Of a stretch of 64,000 bases of DNA, positions 9,076 to 18,954 are shown piece after piece (position 1 is the first letter of the stretch; every line of letters starts with the position of its first letter). The DNA comes from a virus. The stretch spans positions 18,262 to 82,261 of the IMG/VR virus record IMGVR_UViG_3300020182_000022. One strand, given 5' to 3'. The translations under genes were made by a program, and so were the position numbers. A model generated the notes under the pieces. The model was not told the DNA's origin and searched no databases. It saw nothing but the letters and a program-made list of their open reading frames with translations.

Positions 9076-10722
9076 TTATAATGTGTTTGTATTCTTCATG
9101 AACAGGTCATTAGTGTCGAATTTTACATCCTTGTAGAAGAAGGGCTTGACACCCATTATGTTATTTGTGTACGCGCCAGATGAATCAATCCGGTGAGTTA
9201 CTCGAGTCACGAAATATTGTCCTAGTATTTTCATATCATATTCATTCTCTATATAGTTGTTGTCCCTGTCCAATGATATCCATACTCCAGCTCTCCGAGA
9301 TGTATCACCTCGAACATCAAACTGTATGGTGTTGCCTAATAGAAACGCTGCCAATAAGATTTTGTTTCTAGATTCAGTGAATGACAAGCTGCTATCTGAT
9401 GTCCAGGAACTACTAACCCGGAAGTTGAAGTTCTCGGCCCTAGATGTATCAGACAACCAGCTCGTAAACCCATGACCACCGATACCTCCGAATGTATGGT
9501 TAATATACAGTCGTTGAAATTGCTCTTGTAAGGTCCTAACATTACCGGACGCTAGGTCAACGTTAAATGTTTTAGTTCTCTCATTATATCGGTGTGTGAT
9601 TACACTGTTTAACATTTCTTGACAGTCAACTCCGTTCATCTCGGAGAAAATATAATCATCGATGACTGATAGATCTGGGTAATGATAGTTTATTGCAGCA
9701 TTCCGGAATTCCTTACCAAATGTCTTTCTTTCTGGCGGTATACCAGTCGATATAGCCTCTGACCCGCTACTCAATAGAAAATACTCAGATTGGTATTCTC
9801 CTGGGCCAAACCCTCTTTTACTTCTCGCAAAATATTCTGTTATAGGTAATAATTCCCATCTCTCGGTATATCGTTGTAATCGTAATAAGCACGGTTGATG
9901 TTCGTGGTTGGCATCACTGACGTGTCTGTCGAGGATATAGTTCAAGTCATCAATGGCTTTAAAATTTGAAGGGCTGGTGTAGTGTAGCTTTGGACCTCCG
10001 GCGTTCCAGTGATACGAGAACATATTCTTAGTATCACTTTCTAATAACGAGCTCCGGAGGATATCCTGGACTATCTCACCGGTTGGTTTACCTCTCTGAT
10101 CATTATTCATTCTAGATACCGGGTACTTCGATAAACCATGAGCACCGGTGGATTGGAGGAACTTTGCGGTACTGTAGTATATATTCTTTTCTCGAAGCAT
10201 CTGGTACCTGTAGTCATGGAAGTATAATTTCTGTTTCTTATACATTCGACCTTTTTCAGATATTATATCCTCGCTAGCATATACCGAAAATAAAAACTTC
10301 ATGGTATGAATCACACTATTTAGGAATGTAGGAATTCCCTTGTTTATCTCCCCGGAATCTAGATGAGGTTCGAATGTCAATAGTAGTAAGTCTCTACAAT
10401 CGCTCCTAAACCGATATGGTACGGTAGGAACTCTAGAACCATCCGGAGCGTCAGACAACAATACAGATTCAGACCTCTCTATAATATCATCAGGGTTTAG
10501 AAACGTAACATTACCTTGATGAAACCAGTCTAATACATTATCTTCGATATACAGGTCGTCTATCGATCCTTTTCTAATTTTAATCGCCTGTCCGTCTTGA
10601 TTTAATAAATATAAACTAAACTTGTATCGCCTGTCATCAAATTGCTCTATCTTAGCATTATTATCATGATCTAGACCTAGAGCGTTGACCCAACTCTCTA
10701 TAAACTCAATATTACCTGCCAT
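9076..10722 (-). CDS. Baseplate hub protein (gp27/VgrG-hub-like)
   Basis: C-terminal FDVRGDTSRRAGVWISL...LGQYFVTRVTHRI...YTN is typical of gp27/GPD hub proteins; next to gp53. Confidence 0.65.
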   Translation of the reverse strand: MAGNIEFIESWVNALGLDHDNNAKIEQFDDRRYKFSLYLLNQDGQAIKIRKGSIDDLYIEDNVLDWFHQGNVTFLNPDDIIERSESVLLSDAPDGSRVPTVPYRFRSDCRDLLLLTFEPHLDSGEINKGIPTFLNSVIHTMKFLFSVYASEDIISEKGRMYKKQKLYFHDYRYQMLREKNIYYSTAKFLQSTGAHGLSKYPVSRMNNDQRGKPTGEIVQDILRSSLLESDTKNMFSYHWNAGGPKLHYTSPSNFKAIDDLNYILDRHVSDANHEHQPCLLRLQRYTERWELLPITEYFARSKRGFGPGEYQSEYFLLSSGSEAISTGIPPERKTFGKEFRNAAINYHYPDLSVIDDYIFSEMNGVDCQEMLNSVITHRYNERTKTFNVDLASGNVRTLQEQFQRLYINHTFGGIGGHGFTSWLSDTSRAENFNFRVSSSWTSDSSLSFTESRNKILLAAFLLGNTIQFDVRGDTSRRAGVWISLDRDNNYIENEYDMKILGQYFVTRVTHRIDSSGAYTNNIMGVKPFFYKDVKFDTNDLFMKNTNTL

Positions 10723-10723
10723 A

Positions 10724-11104
10724 TTATAGTGTTTTCTTTATATCATCGATAATAGTTCTAATCATCGATGGAGTTGGTACCATGAGAGCTGTCCCGGGGG
10801 ACAGTGGTGTGAATGTATCGTCTATCCTGTTGTAAGCTGCTATAATCCACCATAAATCTATTCTATTATAAAATTTATACGAAATCAACGTCCATGTTTC
10901 ATTAGGCTTGGTATTATACTTGGTGTATGTGGAGGGGGATATGTTGTCAGGAAAATCGACCCTATTTAGTATATTATAATAAAAGTGCTTAGATCCATGC
11001 TGTTTATATACGTTAAATATACGTTCCATTGCGAATGAACTATCACTATTTAATTGTAATAATGACTGTACTTCAAATTTATTGTATTTCGTGGGTTCAA
11101 TCAC
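10724..11104 (-). CDS. gp53: Baseplate wedge protein, gp53-like (LysM-like fold)
   Basis: YNTKPNETWTLISYKFYNRIDLWWIIAAYN...LSPGTALMVP. Confidence 0.8.
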   Translation of the reverse strand: MIEPTKYNKFEVQSLLQLNSDSSFAMERIFNVYKQHGSKHFYYNILNRVDFPDNISPSTYTKYNTKPNETWTLISYKFYNRIDLWWIIAAYNRIDDTFTPLSPGTALMVPTPSMIRTIIDDIKKTL

Positions 11105-11105
11105 T

Positions 11106-12440
11106 TTAGTATTGGTTGTTGGTTACTTTTATCTTGTCGCTCATGCTCTCTTTTACCATATGATACATAAAGTTTTGTGTCTCTGAAAATAGCTCTGTAA
11201 TTGTTATCGTCAACATGTATGCATCCGGGATTACTGTTGTTATCTTTCGTTTTTGTAATAACCAGTTACTCTCTGACTTACCGTCTGCAGAGCCATCCTC
11301 CGCGGAGGTTAAGTATGGAACTGGCATGTCCATCTCTCTACGACCACCTACAAAGTCAACCTGCATGTTTGTTATACTTGCATACTTACTATACCATACC
11401 CCGGGGATTTTCGCTTCATATATACAGGGCGGATCGATCAAATCTCTAGTTATTCGATTAGGTGTATTTTGATATGTTAACAGGTAGATGAATTGCCAAT
11501 TCCGGATGATTTCCGTGAAGCTCTTAGTATTGAATAATGGGAACTTAACAGTGTATGATCGTTCTCTGCCATCGAATGTGAATCCCTTCGGTTGTTCGAT
11601 CATCCGGCCAGGGGCCATTACTTTCTTTGCTGAGATATCGCTTAATGCTTCTGCTGCTATAGATGTTACATCTGTCATGAAGCCTCCTTCAGCGGCCGAT
11701 CCGAATCCTCCGGATTTTTGTATATATGCATCTTCCATGTACGGGAATGTGTACTTAAATTTAGTAGGTGTTACTGTATATAGCATAGAGTATGGATTTA
11801 GCGGATTAGCATAACCACTATCAGTACCTTCTAACGCTTTAATTGCTCCGGCTCCAATAGATTCTGTTATCTTTTTATTTATATTCTCTGATATTGTAGT
11901 TTTATTTGCAGTGAAGTTACCTTTTTCATCTTTAGCTAGACCGGCGAGTAAATTGGCTGCATTAGCGCCCTGTTGAACTAAGCCGGTTCCGGTCTGGACA
12001 GCAACACCGACGTTATTCATCACTTGATTTAACATTGGATTTGTTAATATTCTATATTCCTTCAACATTAACATTGGTACCTCACGTCGAGAGTGAGTTG
12101 GAGATTCTGTCCAGTGGTGTACGTCTCTAATGTTCACATGAGTCGATGGACCAGCGGCATCATTCATATGATCTCCTACTGTCGGGTCTCTCGATTCAGA
12201 AGCCGGGGACAATCTAGGTGCTGGTCCGTACCCAGCGATTTTCCCAGGGGCGCCACCAGACGCGCTTCCTTTTTTTGGTGGTAACATCTTCCAGTAGAAT
12301 TTTGCCCCGGCCGGGATAAGAGTCTCACCCCAGGCGTTACTAGACTCATCAATCTTCGTACGACCTTGTCCTGATGCGTCAGCTGCTTTTTCGGCCGCGG
12401 TGTTTGATGTGTTTTTATCTGGTAAGTCTGGATTTGCCAT
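11106..12440 (-). CDS. Baseplate tail-tube cap/initiator (gp48-like)
   Basis: Tube-fold motifs RSYTVKFPLFNT, PPCIYEAKIPG, ITNMQVDF and LTITITEL; lies between tape measure and gp53. Confidence 0.6.
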   Translation of the reverse strand: MANPDLPDKNTSNTAAEKAADASGQGRTKIDESSNAWGETLIPAGAKFYWKMLPPKKGSASGGAPGKIAGYGPAPRLSPASESRDPTVGDHMNDAAGPSTHVNIRDVHHWTESPTHSRREVPMLMLKEYRILTNPMLNQVMNNVGVAVQTGTGLVQQGANAANLLAGLAKDEKGNFTANKTTISENINKKITESIGAGAIKALEGTDSGYANPLNPYSMLYTVTPTKFKYTFPYMEDAYIQKSGGFGSAAEGGFMTDVTSIAAEALSDISAKKVMAPGRMIEQPKGFTFDGRERSYTVKFPLFNTKSFTEIIRNWQFIYLLTYQNTPNRITRDLIDPPCIYEAKIPGVWYSKYASITNMQVDFVGGRREMDMPVPYLTSAEDGSADGKSESNWLLQKRKITTVIPDAYMLTITITELFSETQNFMYHMVKESMSDKIKVTNNQY

Positions 12441-12441
12441 A

Positions 12442-12864
12442 TTAAGAGTCGTTGTGAACGAGTATATCGTTGGCGAAGAAGCATTGAGTGTCTTCTATTG
12501 TTAGGTTATATACTTTTTGAGTCATATCGTTATGGATTTTGTGCATATCCACTATTTTGGTTTGTTCGAGTTCAGAGTTGAGAACTGTCAAACCTACGGC
12601 TATTTTATCCGCGCGAAGCCATTCACTATCTACATAAATCTTATGATCATGAGTCAATATGATCGACTCACCGGTTTCTACTTGAATGTATATGAAGTCC
12701 TTGGATGAAGAGCTTCGGGTGGCTACCACATCACTAGTGATGATCTTTTTCTTTTTCACCGCATATGACTTTATGCTCATGTCGACTGATGTCAGGCTCT
12801 CTATAATATAGTCTAAGTCGCGTTCTTCTGAATTGACATTTATGACTGTAGTTGATGGTAGCAT
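12442..12864 (-). CDS. Stand-alone HINT (intein-like) domain protein
   Basis: Block A-like MLPSTTVI, block B LTHDHKIY, WLRADKIAVG, block F KVYNLTIED, block G FFANDILVHN followed only by DS-stop. Confidence 0.85.
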   Translation of the reverse strand: MLPSTTVINVNSEERDLDYIIESLTSVDMSIKSYAVKKKKIITSDVVATRSSSSKDFIYIQVETGESIILTHDHKIYVDSEWLRADKIAVGLTVLNSELEQTKIVDMHKIHNDMTQKVYNLTIEDTQCFFANDILVHNDS

Positions 12865-12872
12865 GGTGTATA

Positions 12873-12880
12873 TACTTATC
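12873..12880 (-). promoter_or_regulatory. Late promoter variant GATAAGTA for the HINT gene
   Basis: 8 nt before the ATG at 12864, inside the 19-nt gap after the tape-measure stop. Confidence 0.6.
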
Positions 12881-12883
12881 AGG

Positions 12884-15800
12884 TTACTTTGATAATCGAC
12901 CTACTACTCTGTCGCGAAAGTCCATTATACTTGGCTCGGCAACTGAGTTGTTGACGGTAGTGCTGTTTCCTCCATTGTTAACTACTGTATTACCTTGTTT
13001 GTCAATTAAACCAGACTCTGTTAACACTTCCAGTACCTTAGTATGTATACCTGAGTGCTCGGTCATCAGTTCAACCATTTTATCCATTCGATTGATCATG
13101 TCTTTACCAGAGGAATCGGATTTCCCTGGTGTACTTGGTGATATGTTATCTTCATGTGATCCTATCAGAATATCACCCTTGCTAAATGTCATTGGTTTTT
13201 GACCAGGTCTCCATATAAAATCGTTCATTTCTGGTGCTTCAACTTGAACTGGCTTGGCTGCTCTCATGGCCTTGTGTATACCTACTTTCTCCAAAGCTCG
13301 TGCGAATGCTCTACCATCATCTGTCTCAACATCAAGAGCATCATACATGAGGTTGTATCCGGCTAGTATATCACTAGTTATTGAATCTTTGTCAGCTAGT
13401 GTTGCCCACGGGTATTGGAAGTTGTCGATCTTTAATCCTTCATCCTTGAGAACTTTTGCGTATTCATTGACCATACTTACCCACCTTTTATGCTCACCCT
13501 CTTGGTTCGCGATTTGCATTGCTATGTCACCCATACCACCATCCTTGTGAATAAAGTCTTCACCAGCATCCGAAACTGAGTCGTAAATATGCCCATATTC
13601 ATAACCTTTCGTCATCTTCTTTAAGAAGTCCTTTTCATCCATCCCTGAAGTCTTGAGCAATGCTTTGTAATCCCCGGATTCAATTAATAGTTCCTTGGTT
13701 TTTTCCTCATCACCTTTTCCGTCTACCATGGCTTTCTTCATGGAATCGATTAGATCGTTAGTGCGATCAGCTGTGTTATCTCCACCAACTGTATCCTCTA
13801 TATTCGCGCGAGCTTTGGCTATTGTCTTTTGAGCAGTCTCGCTCAAACCAGCGACCGAAGCTGTGGCTTTAGTTGCAGCTTCACGTGATTCAGCAGCTTT
13901 ACCGGATGCCTCTTCTTCTTCAGTACCAAAGAGTAGTTCGTATCCTGCTTTGGGGAGGAGGTTTTTTGCCTTGCTCTTCAACATGCCAACCAGGTCTATA
14001 TCGAGTAGTGATGTGATTAAATCTCCAATTGGTTTTATCAACGTATTGTATACCCATTGACCTACATCTAGCATCCAGTCTGGAAGGAGTTCCGTAAAAC
14101 CTACACTAGGATCAGCAAAGTCTGTAAACCATTTTGCAATTGGGGCTATAACCTCGTCAAATACCCATCCCCCTATACCGGTCATCCATTTTGGTAACAT
14201 CTCTAAAAACGCAGATTTTGATCCTTTTGGGTCCTTAGTAATGTCAGAGAATATATCCATCAGTGGTTGTATTGTGTTGTTATACACCCATTTTCCGGTA
14301 TCTTTCAACCACTGTGGAATCAATGCAGATAGTATTTCTGATGCGCTTGTAGAGTTGAGTAGTTTGTCGAAATATTGTGATATTGGTAGTATTAATGAAT
14401 CAAATACCCAATCACCAAACCCAGACATCCATTTTGGTAATAGTTTTTTGAATGCTGCTTTTGCCGCCACTGGGTTGTCTGCTGTAGCTGTAAGCAACTT
14501 AGCGACAGGTGCTATAAGTGTGTCCCATACCCAAGTTCCAAAGTCTGTCATCCATTTTGGTAATAACTCTTTGATTGTTCCTATTGGGTCAGCAAACAAC
14601 TTGTCAAACCACTTTCCTATCTTCTCAAACGCCTTTTTTGGCTCTGTGAACAGTGACTTGACGAATTCGAATGCACCCTCCATAAATCCGAATATAGCCC
14701 CGATCAGATCCTCATAAATCTTGGCGAAAGACCAACTATCTAGTGATTTCTCTGCATTCTCGAATCCAAATGCACCCAGAAGCCAACTTACTGTATCCTT
14801 TATCAGATCTAACGGTAGGGTTAATATTTTATAAACGAAAACCAGCGCTTTCTCGACCATTCCCTTTTCATCCGCCTCTCCTGTGGAGGTGAATATACCT
14901 ATAAATGAATCCCATATGCCTGTGAGTACACTAGTGATCTTGGCAAATATATCCTTGTATGTCTTAAAGAGACCACCAATCATATCACTAATCAAGGTGC
15001 TAAAACTGAATGCGTCCAATGTCTTCTCTGCTTCTTTGAACCCAAACTTGCCGAGGATCCAACTAACCGCTGATTTTAACATATCCAACGGCATGGCGAT
15101 CAAAGTATCAAACACCTTTGTGATTCCACCTTCTATTCCATCTATAATCGATCCTTCTTTTTCGTAACCATCCATAAACCCGGTCACAAAGTCAAACACA
15201 CCCATTATGATGGTGATAGGTAGAAATATCTTACCTAGCATACCACCAAGCCCCTTGAAAAATGCTGTCATTCCTTTTATCACAGGATTCTTCAGTATTA
15301 TGTTCATCAAGCGAGTGAACAACCCAGGCTTTGTAGCGCCACCGAATATAGGACTCAATAAAGACTTGATACTCTTACCAATATTCTTGATCTTTGTGCC
15401 TATATTTTTGAGTGTGTCTGTGACTGGTTTGAAAAACTTCTTGACACTTTTCCATAAATTACTAATTCGGGTTTTGAACTTATCGAAGAATGATGTTATA
15501 GGTTTAAATAGTTTTGCTAACGGTCCTCCTACTTTCTTTTTTAGAAATTCCTTCAGAGATATAAACCACTTCTGTTTTCCAATCTCTTCAAAGAATGCAA
15601 ACAAAGCGATTATAGGTCCAATAATCAATGCGAAAGCGCCGTATCCTATCATTTTTAGTGCCTTCAACCAACTAGGAGCTTTGTCTTTAGGTGCTTCAGT
15701 GTCCTTAGTGACCCTATCAGTTATGTTATTTGACACCACTTCACCTAACTGCTTCAACGCTTTGCTATCAAAGTTAACCACTGATACTGGCATTACATCT

Positions 15801-16030
15801 TTGAGTATTTTTCGAGAGGCTTTCTTCTCTTTATTGTTCTTCGCGTTTTCTTTGGCGATATCTTTAGCTAACTCCTTGTTCTCCTTAGCTGATACCTGCT
15901 CTTCTGTAGGTGCGAACATGTCATCCGGGTTGAACCTAGCCTTTGATGTGACCTCACCAGTAGGTTTGTCATCAAGCTTTTCGACCAGCTCAGTTAGAGC
16001 GGTAATTAAATCTCCTAGTTTATCTTCCAT
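12884..16030 (-). CDS. Tape measure protein (gp29-like)
   Basis: 1048 aa, amphipathic helical repeats with periodic W/F and hydrophobic segments; located after gp26-like genes. Confidence 0.8.
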   Translation of the reverse strand: MEDKLGDLITALTELVEKLDDKPTGEVTSKARFNPDDMFAPTEEQVSAKENKELAKDIAKENAKNNKEKKASRKILKDVMPVSVVNFDSKALKQLGEVVSNNITDRVTKDTEAPKDKAPSWLKALKMIGYGAFALIIGPIIALFAFFEEIGKQKWFISLKEFLKKKVGGPLAKLFKPITSFFDKFKTRISNLWKSVKKFFKPVTDTLKNIGTKIKNIGKSIKSLLSPIFGGATKPGLFTRLMNIILKNPVIKGMTAFFKGLGGMLGKIFLPITIIMGVFDFVTGFMDGYEKEGSIIDGIEGGITKVFDTLIAMPLDMLKSAVSWILGKFGFKEAEKTLDAFSFSTLISDMIGGLFKTYKDIFAKITSVLTGIWDSFIGIFTSTGEADEKGMVEKALVFVYKILTLPLDLIKDTVSWLLGAFGFENAEKSLDSWSFAKIYEDLIGAIFGFMEGAFEFVKSLFTEPKKAFEKIGKWFDKLFADPIGTIKELLPKWMTDFGTWVWDTLIAPVAKLLTATADNPVAAKAAFKKLLPKWMSGFGDWVFDSLILPISQYFDKLLNSTSASEILSALIPQWLKDTGKWVYNNTIQPLMDIFSDITKDPKGSKSAFLEMLPKWMTGIGGWVFDEVIAPIAKWFTDFADPSVGFTELLPDWMLDVGQWVYNTLIKPIGDLITSLLDIDLVGMLKSKAKNLLPKAGYELLFGTEEEEASGKAAESREAATKATASVAGLSETAQKTIAKARANIEDTVGGDNTADRTNDLIDSMKKAMVDGKGDEEKTKELLIESGDYKALLKTSGMDEKDFLKKMTKGYEYGHIYDSVSDAGEDFIHKDGGMGDIAMQIANQEGEHKRWVSMVNEYAKVLKDEGLKIDNFQYPWATLADKDSITSDILAGYNLMYDALDVETDDGRAFARALEKVGIHKAMRAAKPVQVEAPEMNDFIWRPGQKPMTFSKGDILIGSHEDNISPSTPGKSDSSGKDMINRMDKMVELMTEHSGIHTKVLEVLTESGLIDKQGNTVVNNGGNSTTVNNSVAEPSIMDFRDRVVGRLSK
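14028..14570 (-). repeat. Five ~36-42-aa degenerate repeats in the tape measure protein
   Basis: LLPKWMTDFGTWVWDTLIAP / LLPKWMSGFGDWVFDSLILP / LIPQWLKDTGKWVYNNTIQP / MLPKWMTGIGGWVFDEVIAP / LLPDWMLDVGQWVYNTLIKP. Confidence 0.85.
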
Positions 16031-16060
16031 GGACCATAATTATTTATGGTCAGATCGTTA

Positions 16061-16843
16061 CTATTCAGTGGTGAATAGGCTAGCGTCTATACTAATGGAC
16101 ACTCCTTCTGGTAGAGATTCTGGAGTCAGGCATGCTATTTCAAATTTACGGGTTTGTTTAACAAGGGCTGCTAATTTGTTACTGACTTGCATAGGCAGGG
16201 ATTCAAATACATTTACCATGTCTGATATATTGACATCAACTCCTGGAGTGACTACATCTTCACCTATGATTATCGCCTGTATATACTTGACCAACTCAGA
16301 TACATATATATCTCCAATCACATCCGTGACTTTTAATTTTTCTTTTGATTTTGGCTTTTGAACTTTCTTTGTGAATTGCTTGTTGTACTTGGTGTCTGTA
16401 GCTATATCAGGTACATGACATGTGATCTTGATGATATCATGCTCAATCTCGAGGTTATCGGAAATTGATGCATCAAGTGATTTACAAGTAGCAATATGTT
16501 CACTCAAGTTGATCTCATGAGTAGTGTCATCCTCTTCAATCTTAAGTGTACCACCGATCGCATGTTCTCTCAATTGTAACACGATTAAAGGTTTATCAGT
16601 CGTTAGTATTCGAACACTCTGCTTACAATTAGTTGATATGATACTGTTGATAGCGTTCATGAACGACAAGTTTTCAAAGTCTGTATCAACGCTGCTGGAT
16701 AGTAACAGCTTCTGTTGCTTGACTGTTAGTGGTGCAAATGGCACATCATTACCAACACTCGGTACATATACACTCAGTGTGTCTTTATTGTTGAGCTCGT
16801 TAATACTAGCTAAAAGATTCTTATATGAACTATTGTTTGACAT
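16061..16843 (-). CDS. Baseplate hub assembly protein, gp26-like
   Basis: VYVPSVGNDVPFAPLTVKQQKLLL and DKPLIVLQLREHAIG match the gp26 pattern; late promoter GATAAATA at 16850-16857. Confidence 0.7.
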   Translation of the reverse strand: MSNNSSYKNLLASINELNNKDTLSVYVPSVGNDVPFAPLTVKQQKLLLSSSVDTDFENLSFMNAINSIISTNCKQSVRILTTDKPLIVLQLREHAIGGTLKIEEDDTTHEINLSEHIATCKSLDASISDNLEIEHDIIKITCHVPDIATDTKYNKQFTKKVQKPKSKEKLKVTDVIGDIYVSELVKYIQAIIIGEDVVTPGVDVNISDMVNVFESLPMQVSNKLAALVKQTRKFEIACLTPESLPEGVSISIDASLFTTE

Positions 16844-16878
16844 CATATATATTTATCGGTGTGTTTGTGTAAATCAAC

Positions 16879-17772
16879 CTACATACCTGGCATCATCGGT
16901 GAGGCTCCTACTGTACCACCTTGTGCTCGTTCAGCTTTCTCGCGGGCCTTTTCTTCCTCCTTACGTTCACGCTTGTAAAACTGTAGATATGTTTGAATTT
17001 CAGCTGGTGTTGATGTTTCTATCTGATCTCCAGGTAAGTTTATATGCTTAGCCATAAAGTATCTATAGTAGTACTCTGCTTCCAAGTTGGAGTTGTATAT
17101 AACCTTCAGTAATTCGAACATGCTGTTGTTATACAAGTTTAATGTTATAACCGTTGGTGGGTCCTGGCCATATTTTATCACATCGAGCTGATAGTTCTGG
17201 TCTATCTCTTTGATCTTCCGGATTATATGCGTAGTTACATCACTAGATATGTTGTCGATCAGTGATTGTTGTTGTTTCTGGTCAAATTGTGAGAAGTTAA
17301 ATGTCTTCCCGGTGATGTGAATAGTGTCTATAACACTAGTGATCAGATTGTCAGTTGATGCTTCGTATATTGTAGATGGAGTGGCTAATTTAATTTTTAT
17401 ATCGTCGCTGATCTCTAGAAGATGTGTATACTCGAAGTCAAAGTTGGTTACCTTGTCAAGTATATCATATAGGTCTATCTTGAGCTTACTTATTTGCTGG
17501 TCCTTTGGAGTTATCTCTAGTACATTTGAGACGCACACGATATATAGATTGATCAGTATACAAAAACTATCAATCCGAGAGATTTTAGCGGGTATCACTT
17601 TCTTTCCTGATAACCGATATATAATATCATTGAAGTGTGTTAGTAGTTGATCGTTATCGGAGTTTGATATTATCTTTACTATATCAAGGTAGTCTCTGTT
17701 GGTTATTTCACTAAAGTTATAGTACCTTTGTTTGGATGGCAGGTATACCTTGAATTTAAACGCGGTACTCAC
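16879..17772 (-). CDS. Second gp26-like protein with gp51-like C-terminus
   Basis: VYLPSKQRYYNFSEIT N-terminus (gp26-like); C-terminal LEAEYYYRYFMAKHINL...IETSTPAEIQTYLQFYKRERKEEE resembles gp51. Confidence 0.55.
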   Translation of the reverse strand: MSTAFKFKVYLPSKQRYYNFSEITNRDYLDIVKIISNSDNDQLLTHFNDIIYRLSGKKVIPAKISRIDSFCILINLYIVCVSNVLEITPKDQQISKLKIDLYDILDKVTNFDFEYTHLLEISDDIKIKLATPSTIYEASTDNLITSVIDTIHITGKTFNFSQFDQKQQQSLIDNISSDVTTHIIRKIKEIDQNYQLDVIKYGQDPPTVITLNLYNNSMFELLKVIYNSNLEAEYYYRYFMAKHINLPGDQIETSTPAEIQTYLQFYKRERKEEEKAREKAERAQGGTVGASPMMPGM

Positions 17773-17811
17773 ATTAATATCTATTAATATTTACAGAAAA
17801 GTCAATTACTC

Positions 17812-18876
17812 CTAGGAATCACTCTGAAATCTATTATCAACTGCGCGACCTGCAGTAGGATTAGACACAGACCGATTACCACCGGGTTTGTTTTTTGGTT
17901 TCCCTAAACCTCCTAGAAATCCAAGCACTTTATCAACCTTCTTCTTAATTTTAGTAGCTTTGTCAACAAACCTCTCGACTTTTGCTATCTTCTTGTTGAG
18001 TTTCTTAAAAAATCTAGACTTTGCTAGCAATTTGTTAGCCATGTCCTTTACAAACTTTTGAAACCCTTCTTTACTCATGTAAGCATCCATGTCTGTGTCT
18101 GGTAGACTTTCTACAGAGTAATGTGTATAATTCCAACCAGTATTATATAGTTGTACTTCGGCAGCATCGTATGTTAGCTCCTTACCATCTATCGAGACAG
18201 GCACACAATTATAAAACCTCCATATCTTTCTCTCGACCAATGGTATTTGTGGGTATGTTTTGCCTAATTGTACGATGGATATGTTTGTTTTAATGTTTCT
18301 ATTGTTATCGGTTGGTGGCCTGGCAGTCAATCCCATGTGGGATGCGATATATATCCATGGTCTTATGACCATATCTGGGAAAGATCTATTAGTTTCTCTG
18401 AATTGGATCTGTAGAGGTGGTGAAGCGCCTTTATTACCGCCAACCTTACCGGGTAGGAATCCCATGTTGTTACTAATCGGTATATCCTTGACTTCATAAC
18501 TCTCTCCAGGTAGTACAACTCCTTGAGCAAGTATACAACCATATTCATTAGCAGTGTGCATGTATGTTTGTCTAGTTATTTCTGATTTCGCTTGATTCAA
18601 ATCCCAACCTTTCATCTTTCCTCCAGGACCGGCGATAGAACCGCTCGACTGAATTGCTCCGTGTGGTTCCTTGTTCCACATTGTCTGAGAGGATATAACA
18701 CTTGGTATCGTTTCGATGTGTACAAACCATAGAAACTTCATGGGAATAGCAAATTCCCACTTGTCCATATGTTGAAGAAAGTTCTCAGTATGACTGAATG
18801 GATAGTTGAACGGGAAGATATCTGTACCTAACAGATTGTCTACCTTCTCGCCAATTCTTCTTATATCATCGAACAT
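17812..18876 (-). CDS. Tail tube paralog / baseplate-tube junction protein (gp54-like)
   Basis: AQGVVLPGE, LQIQFRET, ISIVQL, WRFYNCVPVSIDGKELTY (gp19/gp54 fold), followed by a Lys-rich tail. Confidence 0.65.
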   Translation of the reverse strand: MFDDIRRIGEKVDNLLGTDIFPFNYPFSHTENFLQHMDKWEFAIPMKFLWFVHIETIPSVISSQTMWNKEPHGAIQSSGSIAGPGGKMKGWDLNQAKSEITRQTYMHTANEYGCILAQGVVLPGESYEVKDIPISNNMGFLPGKVGGNKGASPPLQIQFRETNRSFPDMVIRPWIYIASHMGLTARPPTDNNRNIKTNISIVQLGKTYPQIPLVERKIWRFYNCVPVSIDGKELTYDAAEVQLYNTGWNYTHYSVESLPDTDMDAYMSKEGFQKFVKDMANKLLAKSRFFKKLNKKIAKVERFVDKATKIKKKVDKVLGFLGGLGKPKNKPGGNRSVSNPTAGRAVDNRFQSDS

Positions 18877-18903
18877 ATGTACTATTATTTAATGTACGTA
18901 CAC

Positions 18904-18929
18904 AAAAAAGCCGTACACTGGGCACGGCT
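18904..18929 (-). terminator. Rho-independent terminator after the tail tube gene
   Basis: Minus strand AGCCGTGC-CCAGT-GTACGGCT-TTTTT. Confidence 0.8.
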
Positions 18930-18954
18930 AATTTGGTTTGTGATTTGGTGCTGG

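Noticed and set aside
12865-12930. Possible fusion of the HINT domain to the tape measure by read-through or frameshift
   Set aside because: HINT is in the +1 frame, that frame has TAG TAG shortly before the tape-measure stop, no Cys/Ser occupies position 1, and no clear slippery site is visible; a dedicated late motif explains independent expression.
15207-16361. 384-aa + strand ORF and other long antisense ORFs (14241..14717, 42233..42754, 54047..54544, 57068..57601)
   Set aside because: They lie opposite well-supported genes, have no promoter or motifs, and are explained by the codon bias of the real strand.
17775-17808. sigma70 promoter TTGACT upstream of 17772
   Set aside because: No TATAAT at 17-nt spacing; a TAAATA late-like core is present instead, so the assignment is ambiguous.
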